IMG/VR virus record: IMGVR_UViG_3300035070_003276
Location: 1 to 64,000 of that record
Source: a virus
Taxonomy: Duplodnaviria > Caudoviricetes
DNA: 64,000 nucleotides
Strand: one strand, 5' to 3'
Shown: in pieces, positions 55,564 through 64,000 of the stretch
How positions within the stretch are numbered: position 1 is the stretch's first letter
Layout: each line of letters begins with the position of its first letter
Position numbers and translations under genes: made by a program
Notes under the pieces: model-generated
Told to the model about the DNA's origin: nothing
Seen by the model: only the letters and a program-made list of their open reading frames with translations
The model's database searches: none

Positions 55564-56388
55564 ATGATAGGAATAATTGGACAAGGTTTTGTTGGTAACG
55601 CAGTTTATCAAAAATTTAAAAATTATTATGAAATCAATACATACGATTTAGATTCATCTAAATGTAATTCAACTGAGCAAGAAACATTAGATAATGGTAT
55701 TGTATTTGTATGTTTACCAACCCCAATGAATTCCGATGATGGTAGTTGTAATATCAGTTTGGTAGATGCGGCAATCAAACGATGTTTTGATTTTGGTGTT
55801 ACAAAGACTGTTGTAATTAAATCAACAATTCCACCTGGTACAACTGAATCTCTTAATAAGAAATACCCATCATTACAAATTGTATTTAATCCTGAGTTCT
55901 TAACGGAACGAAATGCGGTAAAGGATTATGATAATCAAAGTAGAATAATATTAGGTGGGCCAAGACCAAGTACTACTACTTTAAAGCAAATATTTTCAAA
56001 GGTATTTCCATCGGCGCATATTGTAAAAACCGATTCAACTCACGCTGAAATGGTAAAGTATCTTACTAACTCATTTTTGGCAACCAAAGTATCTTTTGCA
56101 AATGAAATGTATCAGATATGTGATAAGTTAGATATCGATTATGATAAGGTAGTAGAATACGCAACCTTTGATGAAAGATTAGGTAAATCACATTGGAATG
56201 TGCCTGGACCTGATGGAGATTTCGGATATGGAGGACATTGTTTTCCAAAAGATGTTAAAGCACTAATCCATTTAGCAGAAAATGAATTGGAATTGTATTC
56301 AACTATGTTGAGAGCCACCGATAAGAAAAACGATGTGGTTCGAAAAAATAGGGATTGGGAACAAATGAAGGGGAGAGCTGTTATTTAG
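55564..56388 (+). CDS. UDP-glucose/GDP-mannose dehydrogenase family protein (short form)
   Basis: GIIGQGFVG, VCLPTP, IKSTIPPGT, NPEFL, GGHCFPKD; the C-terminal UDP-binding domain is absent. Confidence 0.88.
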   Translation: MIGIIGQGFVGNAVYQKFKNYYEINTYDLDSSKCNSTEQETLDNGIVFVCLPTPMNSDDGSCNISLVDAAIKRCFDFGVTKTVVIKSTIPPGTTESLNKKYPSLQIVFNPEFLTERNAVKDYDNQSRIILGGPRPSTTTLKQIFSKVFPSAHIVKTDSTHAEMVKYLTNSFLATKVSFANEMYQICDKLDIDYDKVVEYATFDERLGKSHWNVPGPDGDFGYGGHCFPKDVKALIHLAENELELYSTMLRATDKKNDVVRKNRDWEQMKGRAVI

Positions 56389-56402
56389 TTTTTAATACAT
56401 TA

Positions 56403-56441
56403 GAAGGGAGGGGTTTCACATTTGGTGAAACCTTTTCTTTT
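56403..56441 (+). terminator. Intrinsic terminator
   Basis: GGTTTCAC / GTGAAACC stem, ATTTG loop, T-rich tail. Confidence 0.8.
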
Positions 56442-56608
56442 ATAAGCGATTCTACTAACCCATTCATTTTGTATCCTTTATCTTTACAAAATGATTTTAA
56501 TAACTGATGAACTTCAGCATCAATTTGTAACATTGCATACTTTTTACTCATTTCTTTATAATTCTTTAGTTTTCTTTAGAATAAATATTTCAATTATAAA
56601 TTTTGGAA

Positions 56609-56616
56609 TATTTATA
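56609..56616 (+). promoter_or_regulatory. TATTTATA motif
   Basis: Exact motif ending 26 nt before the ATG at 56643. Confidence 0.45.
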
Positions 56617-56642
56617 TTGGAATCAACGGAATATATTCATCA

Positions 56643-59600
56643 ATGGCTAGAATTAAAAAGTATTCACCAGAACAAAACTTATCATCATTTCAAACATTAA
56701 TTGTAGATGATAACCCTAATTCGGATTATTTTAGAATAACTGAATTTAAAGATACATTTACTGGTGGTAAAAACGGGTTTCTTATTGAGGGGTCTGAATA
56801 CCTAAAAGAAACTACTGAAATAAAAATAGAGATTTTAGATGTAGAGGGGAATCCTATATTCTATGAGCCAGCAAAGGGTATCCCAGAATACTATGAAGGT
56901 ATATCATCCCTAATAGCAGTTTATATTTATAATGATACACCAATTGGATTGGGTAAGATTACTATTTTAGGTGAACTCAAAGAGTACATTGATAATGATG
57001 TAAAACGAACTATTCCAGATGTATGGAAAGGTACATACAATGTTAAATGGGAACGTACATTTCAAATTAATAAAATACTTGCTAATGAGGATAGAGTTAG
57101 ATTCTTTAAAAGACCTCAAATCAATATTGATGAAATTAACAAACCTATATTCAATAATAATGCAAATTTAGTAACTCAGATTGGTAATGTTAATGGTATC
57201 CCATTAGCACCAACCGCTGGTACTTCATTAACTGAATTTTCGTTACCAACATCATATAGATTGAATGTTAGTAATGGTTCTAATTGGACGGGTTCAATTG
57301 AGGGTAATAGTATTTCTTTTGATAGTATTGATTATAATCCAATTGTATTAGATGTTGTAAGTGAAACTGAAATAATTGTTTCACCACCATATGCACCTAA
57401 TGGAATTGTGGCACCTTTTTCAAATGAAAGTTATACTACATCATTTAATTATTTAGAAGGCGTATCTGATTTAGCAACCGCACTTACTGGTTCATTCGCT
57501 AAGATTAGTATTACTGATATGAAAACAGTAGTTGGTGATGCTGCAAGAGTAAAAGTATATAGACGTTCTCAATCAAACTTAACCGATTATGAGTTTGTAC
57601 AAGAAATACAATTAGAATCAAATGAGTTATTAAGAGATATAGAAACTACCGAAGCTAATGAAATTAGTTATGGTACGTTTACACAAGATGTGTTATCACA
57701 ATATTGGATGACTTCATCAAATGATATCTCAGTAGAACTAAATACTGGATTCTTATACAACTCAACTAAGTTAAACTCAACCGAAGGAAACTACTTTCTT
57801 ACAAAGCAATCATTTCCAATTCAGAGTGGTGTAGAATATACATTAGATTTTAATGTTAAAAAGGGTAGTGTTTCCCCAACTGATTTCCTAAAAGTAACTT
57901 TAAGTGGTTCTTTAAATGGAACTCCAAAATCACAAACAATTGTAAATATACCATCATCAAATGCTATTTTACAAAAACGAAATTTTACCGAAAATATAAT
58001 TGCTGATGATTTTGATGAAGCAAGGTTATATTTTGAAGTCGATGGGGTTGATTGGTACGTTAATAATGTAAGTTTGAAAGCATCACAGGAAACATCGTTT
58101 TCTCCTGATGAAATTACATTTATACAACAAGTACCAAAAACATTACAAACTGAAACATTTGATTATAGATTTGAATTCTATGATATCAACAACAATTATA
58201 TACCTGTATTAGTTGAAGATACAAAAACATTTGATGGTGGAAATTTAAATCTTTTTAATAAAGATATTACAATTACACCAAACAATTTATATTTCTCATT
58301 TGATTCAGCATCTGCGCCATCAAATCCGTTACCACCAACAACAATTACATTTGATGTGGAAACAACTTTGGTTACTGGTTCAATTACATATACATCTGGT
58401 GCATATGATGAGTTTGGTGATTTGATTTTATCATCCGAATATGTAGGTGGACAGTATCCTGGTTTAATGAGTGGATATGAAACTCTAAGTCCAACATTAA
58501 CTGTTGCTGATTTTACTGGTTCCAGAGATGATATTACTGTACAATATATTAGATTCACTGGTGAGGTGGAGGGTGTATCCGATGATGTAGTAATCACCAG
58601 AACTCAAGATGGTAAGGGTGGTGTAAACTTTGAAATTAGACCTTATAGAGGTACCATTATAAAAAATAAAGATGAGAGTACATTGGAGGTACAAGCAATT
58701 CGTATCGATGGTGTTAACGAAATCATACTAAAAGATAACTTACCACAAAATGGATTCTCTGATGCAAAGTTGAGAGTACAAAGTGGGTCTGAGTACATAT
58801 TATTATCTGAGGCACAATCAAGTGGATTCATACAAGGGTTAACCGCTGGTATAACTGGTAGTGGTGAATTGAATTATAACGCTGTATTTGATAGAACATC
58901 TATTACGGGTCAGTTACCATTATACCTAATGGATGGTACTACTGAGCAAGATATCCTAACAACTTTATTGTTAACTGATTTACAAGATGGATTGGGTGCT
59001 GGATTTGTTACATTTGATGTAGAACAATTTAACATCAATCCAAAAGAAGATACAACATTTACACCACAAACTGCAAGTTTAGCTGGTAACTTTTATTTAA
59101 GAGGTACAAACGAATCACCAATTAGTGGTACTTTACAAGTATTCCCATCGATGTCTATTGATGAATCACTTTTACCTGAATATTATATGTTCTTTGAAAC
59201 TGGTGCATTTGATAATAGAATAACTGTAACAGCAACAAACGCACAAAACGAAATTATTGGTAGTGGTATCCCTGGTGATTCGGTAGATTACTACACACCT
59301 ATTGATAGTAAGCAATTAACATTTAACTTTACATATGTAGAAGATTTCACATCAGAATCAATTAGTGTTGATAAAACAATATTTGTAGCACCGGATGGAT
59401 TGGGTATTGAGCCGGTTGTTGTAAGTGTTGACCCACTTACCTTAAACTTAAACTCAAACCAACAAGGTGAGGTTTATAGTTACACTCCATTAGATACAAC
59501 AATTACTGCTAAGCAGGGTAAGTTGGATTTAATTTATACTGGTAGTGAAAAGCCGGGTACATTCTATACTGAATCAATCAGTACAACGAATATAGAATAT

Positions 59601-62600
59601 ACTACTGAAAGTTTTACAAATACTACTTTATCACTTACTGGTTTTCAAAATATGACATCATCTTTGGTGGCTAATGTTGATTATAACTTAAAGGTATATC
59701 CATATTATACATCATCATTTCAAACCCAAACTATTACACAACGAATTACAAAGGGTGTGGATGGTTCAGATGCAGTTGAAATATTAGTAGAACCATCTGT
59801 GGTAACACTACAAGCTAATGAAAATGGAACAGTATCCGATTACTCAACTGCTAATACTGATATTGTTGTTAAGCAAGGTAATTTATACCTATCATATGAA
59901 ACAAGTAGTTTACCGGGTACATATAATGTATCTGCAACTGGTAGTGGTATTGTGGTGGGTGATATATCAGCATCCTCTCAATATGATTTAGATTTCGGAG
60001 ATGAGACAGTACACTTTACAAACTTTAGTGAATTGGAAGGTGGTAGTGGTTCGGTTGATTACAACTTTGTTGTATTCCCATACTCATTAACAAATGGTGT
60101 GGCTGGTGTAGTTGAAACTTATAATAAAAAGCAGGTATTCTCAAAATCAAATGATGGTACAGCTGCAAGAAGTGTAAGTTTATCAACCACAACAGAAGTT
60201 GTAAACTTTGATGGAGATGGTGTGGTTACCTCACCATTAGGTTCGATATTCTTAGAAGCAACTGCATTCAACGTAACTGCATCACAAACGTATTACCAAT
60301 TCTTTAGAGATGGATTTGCATATAGTTTAGTTGGAACTGAACCTACATTTGAAATTGGTTCTGGTGATGCAACTTCACCTGGTGAAACTGCAACTTGGAG
60401 AGTTCAAATTAGAGATGGTCAATCTAATTCACCAGTAGTAGCATCCTCAGAGGTAACTATTGCGGGTATCAAAGCAGGGGCCGATAACTATCAAGTATTT
60501 TTAACAAACCCATCACCAAGTGTTGGAGTTGAGGTTGATGGTACTACTACACTAGATACAACTGGAACTCAAATAACGGCACTTAAAGGTACAACTCAAT
60601 TAACGCATGTATCAACATATTCCGATGAAACTTTAGATTTAATTGGAGACCCGATTGGTACAATTGGTGAATTTTCATCATCATTGTATTATGTACCACC
60701 ATTTATAACACAACCAAATATACCAAACGGAAATCCGGCTAACATAGACCCAATAACAGATTGGAGTACACCGCAAGATAACAAAGCAGCTACAATTGTT
60801 TATAAGGTTGATATAGAAAATGGTAGAGCAACTTATTTCTTATCACAATCACTTTCAACTGTATTTGAAGGAGCAACTGGGCCTGGTATTGTTGTAAGGG
60901 GTGAATGGACTGGTTCGGTTGATTACTTATTTAGTTTAGAACAAAAACGTAGAGATGCAGTAGTTTACAAATACGATAATGGTGGTGAGCAAGAAACTCA
61001 TTACTTTGGTACAACAAATACATTAAACGATTTTAAGAGATTACCATATACATCTTCAGTTGGTATTACTGATGAACCATCTTATGATGGAACGCAAGAA
61101 CAGGGTGATGTAGATACATTTGGTTGGGAATACTTAGGACAACAAGATATGTTTGTTGCTGCTAAGATAGCAATCTTCGAAGAATCATTTGTAGAAAATA
61201 CAATAAATGTTGGTATTCCGCCTGATGGATTTCCTAACGCAAATATTGCAATAGTTGGTGGAACCGATGAACCTTATATAGCAATTGGTCAACAAGGTAC
61301 TCAAGGATTCGCTCAACCTGGTGTGTTTATGGGTATGACTAATGATGGTGGTCCTAATGGTACGTCTGGTACAATGGGTATATTATCGTTAAAATCAACA
61401 CCAAATGGTGGTGAATATAAATCGTTAGAATGGGATGGTGATACACTCACAATTAGAGGTTCAATTAGACAAACTGCGGCTGGTGTAGTAGAACCATCAC
61501 TTAGAGGAACTTGGGCAGATGGAGTAGATTACAATCCAGAAGATTTAGTACAATACATTGGTGAGACTTGGAGTTCAAATACTACACATACATCAAATAT
61601 ATCAGGTGGAGTAACTGATGGACCTCCGGGAACCGGTCCTTGGACTATTGCAGCTGGCGCAGGTAAAAACATAAGTTTATCAGCCGATTCATATGTAATA
61701 CAATATGATGAATTTGGATTAAACCCAATACCATCTTCAACAATCTCCTTAATTGCATCATCATCAAATTTTGTTGATGCATATTATAAGTTTACTGGAG
61801 GTGGTGCGGTATTTACGGATGAAACTTCATTTACTGATGGGTTAACCGCAAATACCGATACGGCAACATTAACTGTTCCATCATCGTATTTCTCAACACC
61901 ATTGACAATTAAAGTTGCAGTTTCTGAGGGTAATCAGGTAGAAAAATTATCCGATACAATTACCATAACTGCATTAAAATCTGGAGCAGATTCTACACCA
62001 CAATATATGATTACTCCATTGACTGGAACTCAAATCAAAAATAGTAGTGGTAATATTGAACTACAAGTTCAAGAATCATCTATAAATGGATTGAGTGATG
62101 TAAATAGTGGTGATATTAAAATATACAAAAACGATTCATCTTTATTAAACGCTTCAATGAGTGGTGTTACTGGTGATGAGTATAACCCAACATTGGATTC
62201 AGATGCAATAACTGGTACACTAAATCTACAATTAAGAGATGTATCCGATAACGTATTAGATTCAATCACATTAGTTGATGTTAGTGATGGTTTAGGTGGT
62301 GGTTCATTTATTTCACCAAACTTAAAAGCAACGAGAAATCCAGGTTACGGAATTTATAATCCAACATTCTTATCAGCAACCGCATCATTCTTCGATACAT
62401 CTGGAACCGAATACCAAAAGCAAGTTCGAATCACACCATCGTTAAGTGGTGTAACCGACTATATGGAAGTTGGTACGGCGAGTGGGGATAGTGAAATTAC
62501 TATCACCGCAAACGATGGTGATGGTGGTAGTATCACATTGGGTGGTTCATCGGTAGCAACTAAAGATGTTGTATTAGTTGCAACATTCACAGACCCAGCT

Positions 62601-64000
62601 ACTTCACAAACAACTACGATTAACGAAACATTCTATATTGTTTCGGATGGAGCCGATGGGTTATCAGCAATAACTGTTGTTAATACGAATCAATCACATA
62701 CATTACCTGCCTCATCTGATGGAGTAGTTTCATCTTATGTTGGTAGTGGTACTAATATTTTTGTATATGAGGGAACTGGTTCTCTATCGTATGATGGGTT
62801 TGGTACATCAGTTGCAACTTGGAAAGTATCTTCTTCTATATCACCTGATAACGTAATTACTGTTGGTTCAATAACCGATAATGGTGATGATATTACAATT
62901 GGTGATTATAGTGGAATGGATAGTGGTGAATCAATCGCAAATATTACACATACTATCACAGGTCGCAGGGTAAATGGGGATTCATTTACATCAGAAACAA
63001 CGCAAACTATTACTAAGGCTAAGGGTGGTAGTGATGGTGCACCTGGTAGCTCTGGTGCTGGTGTAACTTATAGAGGTGAATGGGCAAATGATGCTGGTGT
63101 AACCTACAACTCATCAGATGCAAGAAAAGATGTTGTTAAATTTAATGGTGATTTCTATATTGCAGATTATGATGGTGGTGATACATTTGCTGGAAACATA
63201 TCACCACCAAACGCAACTTATTGGACTACCTTTGGAGCACAATTTGAATCAGTAGCTACTGATATCTTATTCGCTGAAGATGTTTACGCTAACCGAACTG
63301 TAAACATTGGTACTGGTGAAAGTGGAAACCCTGTAATTGCTCTGAACGCTGATTCATCATCTGGATACGCAAATCCATTCATATCAATTGGACAAACCAC
63401 ACAAGGGTTTGAAAGTGATGGTATCTTTATGGGTTTTGATGAAGGAACTGCAAGTTTATCTTTAACTGGTGAAAATGTAAAAACAAACATTGGTGGATGG
63501 CAAGTCGATAAGAGTGGTTTATTTTATGAAACCGAATATTCTATTGGAGATGCAATAACAACTGAATTTTACGCAACATCATCACTTGCACCAGGTTCAA
63601 TTCCAAACTGGCTATATTATTCTGGGATTTATAATGTAGTATATAATTATTATTTTGGTTCCGGAACCAACGGAGTACTTACAACTAATGATGCAGTAAA
63701 AATTTATACAAGAACACCTGACCCTTTTGGTAGTGGTTCACAAATGACTGCATATGGTCAAATCACAACAACTCATACTATCAATGGATATGATGGGACT
63801 GGTGATTTGGGTGTATTTACATTAGAAGGACCTGCATTATATGCGGAATCATCATCCATTGATTTACTCACATATGTAACTTCATCTTTTGATTTGAGTG
63901 CAGGTGGTCCTGGTGACACAAAAGCTGAAATAGTATGGCTAGATGGTGCTAATTTTATACAGGCCTTTGAAGCTGGTACTTCTCGTACTGTTCCATTAAA
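56643..64000 (+). CDS. Giant tail-fibre/adhesin-like protein, 3'-truncated by the window (>2450 aa; not in ORF track)
   Basis: Starts MARIKKYSPEQNL...; the frame is open at every point I translated through to 64000. Repeated Ig-like units ending K..DG..A..V; three RGxW (CBM5/12-like) modules at about 60897, 61503 and 63072. Confidence 0.8.
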   Translation, partial: MARIKKYSPEQNLSSFQTLIVDDNPNSDYFRITEFKDTFTGGKNGFLIEGSEYLKETTEIKIEILDVEGNPIFYEPAKGIPEYYEGISSLIAVYIYNDTPIGLGKITILGELKEYIDNDVKRTIPDVWKGTYNVKWERTFQINKILANEDRVRFFKRPQINIDEINKPIFNNNANLVTQIGNVNGIPLAPTAGTSLTEFSLPTSYRLNVSNGSNWTGSIEGNSISFDSIDYNPIVLDVVSETEIIVSPPYAPNGIVAPFSNESYTTSFNYLEGVSDLATALTGSFAKISITDMKTVVGDAARVKVYRRSQSNLTDYEFVQEIQLESNELLRDIETTEANEISYGTFTQDVLSQYWMTSSNDISVELNTGFLYNSTKLNSTEGNYFLTKQSFPIQSGVEYTLDFNVKKGSVSPTDFLKVTLSGSLNGTPKSQTIVNIPSSNAILQKRNFTENIIADDFDEARLYFEVDGVDWYVNNVSLKASQETSFSPDEITFIQQVPKTLQTETFDYRFEFYDINNNYIPVLVEDTKTFDGGNLNLFNKDITITPNNLYFSFDSASAPSNPLPPTTITFDVETTLVTGSITYTSGAYDEFGDLILSSEYVGGQYPGLMSGYETLSPTLTVADFTGSRDDITVQYIRFTGEVEGVSDDVVITRTQDGKGGVNFEIRPYRGTIIKNKDESTLEVQAIRIDGVNEIILKDNLPQNGFSDAKLRVQSGSEYILLSEAQSSGFIQGLTAGITGSGELNYNAVFDRTSITGQLPLYLMDGTTEQDILTTLLLTDLQDGLGAGFVTFDVEQFNINPKEDTTFTPQTASLAGNFYLRGTNESPISGTLQVFPSMSIDESLLPEYYMFFETGAFDNRITVTATNAQNEIIGSGIPGDSVDYYTPIDSKQLTFNFTYVEDFTSESISVDKTIFVAPDGLGIEPVVVSVDPLTLNLNSNQQGEVYSYTPLDTTITAKQGKLDLIYTGSEKPGTFYTESISTTNIEYTTESFTNTTLSLTGFQNMTSSLVANVDYNLKVYPYYTSSFQTQTITQRITKGVDGSDAVEILVEPSVVTLQANENGTVSDYSTANTDIVVKQGNLYLSYETSSLPGTYNVSATGSGIVVGDISASSQYDLDFGDETVHFTNFSELEGGSGSVDYNFVVFPYSLTNGVAGVVETYNKKQVFSKSNDGTAARSVSLSTTTEVVNFDGDGVVTSPLGSIFLEATAFNVTASQTYYQFFRDGFAYSLVGTEPTFEIGSGDATSPGETATWRVQIRDGQSNSPVVASSEVTIAGIKAGADNYQVFLTNPSPSVGVEVDGTTTLDTTGTQITALKGTTQLTHVSTYSDETLDLIGDPIGTIGEFSSSLYYVPPFITQPNIPNGNPANIDPITDWSTPQDNKAATIVYKVDIENGRATYFLSQSLSTVFEGATGPGIVVRGEWTGSVDYLFSLEQKRRDAVVYKYDNGGEQETHYFGTTNTLNDFKRLPYTSSVGITDEPSYDGTQEQGDVDTFGWEYLGQQDMFVAAKIAIFEESFVENTINVGIPPDGFPNANIAIVGGTDEPYIAIGQQGTQGFAQPGVFMGMTNDGGPNGTSGTMGILSLKSTPNGGEYKSLEWDGDTLTIRGSIRQTAAGVVEPSLRGTWADGVDYNPEDLVQYIGETWSSNTTHTSNISGGVTDGPPGTGPWTIAAGAGKNISLSADSYVIQYDEFGLNPIPSSTISLIASSSNFVDAYYKFTGGGAVFTDETSFTDGLTANTDTATLTVPSSYFSTPLTIKVAVSEGNQVEKLSDTITITALKSGADSTPQYMITPLTGTQIKNSSGNIELQVQESSINGLSDVNSGDIKIYKNDSSLLNASMSGVTGDEYNPTLDSDAITGTLNLQLRDVSDNVLDSITLVDVSDGLGGGSFISPNLKATRNPGYGIYNPTFLSATASFFDTSGTEYQKQVRITPSLSGVTDYMEVGTASGDSEITITANDGDGGSITLGGSSVATKDVVLVATFTDPATSQTTTINETFYIVSDGADGLSAITVVNTNQSHTLPASSDGVVSSYVGSGTNIFVYEGTGSLSYDGFGTSVATWKVSSSISPDNVITVGSITDNGDDITIGDYSGMDSGESIANITHTITGRRVNGDSFTSETTQTITKAKGGSDGAPGSSGAGVTYRGEWANDAGVTYNSSDARKDVVKFNGDFYIADYDGGDTFAGNISPPNATYWTTFGAQFESVATDILFAEDVYANRTVNIGTGESGNPVIALNADSSSGYANPFISIGQTTQGFESDGIFMGFDEGTASLSLTGENVKTNIGGWQVDKSGLFYETEYSIGDAITTEFYATSSLAPGSIPNWLYYSGIYNVVYNYYFGSGTNGVLTTNDAVKIYTRTPDPFGSGSQMTAYGQITTTHTINGYDGTGDLGVFTLEGPALYAESSSIDLLTYVTSSFDLSAGGPGDTKAEIVWLDGANFIQAFEAGTSRTVPL

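Noticed and set aside
3149-63490. Many short overlapping or antisense ORFs in the track (e.g. 3931..4215, 5377..5769, 22131..22457, 52019..52453, 58196..58597)
   Set aside because: They shadow longer, motif-bearing genes on the other frame or strand and show no independent signals.
1-64000. tRNA, rRNA, intron or intein
   Set aside because: GTTCGA-like hits (e.g. about 15797, about 18738) fall inside CDSs without cloverleaf context. No intein or intron signatures were seen in primase, helicase or Mre11-Rad50. Not confirmed with tRNAscan or Infernal.
1-64000. Alternative genetic code (stop-codon recoding)
   Set aside because: Genes are full length under code 11, and TAA, TAG and TGA all end genes at tight junctions.

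Overview
AT-rich 64 kb fragment of a large T4-like (contractile-tailed) phage genome, almost certainly infecting Bacteroidota, most likely Flavobacteria. Host evidence: ten TTTG-N20-TAnnTTTG-type sigma-A promoters, A-rich starts without Shine-Dalgarno sites, a TonB-dependent receptor and a T9SS sorting domain. All well-supported genes are on the + strand except the TonB-dependent receptor. The window holds small early ORFs, an SF2 helicase, nucleotide and phosphate metabolism genes (PAP2, DUF1599, metallophosphoesterase, dCMP deaminase, PhoH, NT5C, HD), Hsp20, UvsE, a degenerate peptide deformylase and a gp55-like sigma factor. It also holds a baseplate/tail module (33-50 kb), primase, a fused Mre11-Rad50, a UDP-glucose dehydrogenase and a >2450 aa tail-fibre-like ORF that runs off the window and is missing from the ORF track. 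The most striking feature is two divergent paralogous operons (7.2-13.0 kb and 26.8-32.9 kb). Each encodes exported proteins: a CsgG-like protein, a second small CsgG/TolB_N-like protein, a cohesin/dockerin-like protein with a T9SS C-terminal domain (fused in one copy, apparently a separate lipoprotein in the other), a membrane-anchored QNVNVTGP protein, and a protein with a Cys-pair domain, disordered linker and C-terminal beta-barrel. Together they look like a phage-encoded envelope secretion or display system. All family assignments come from reading motifs by eye; no database searches were run.
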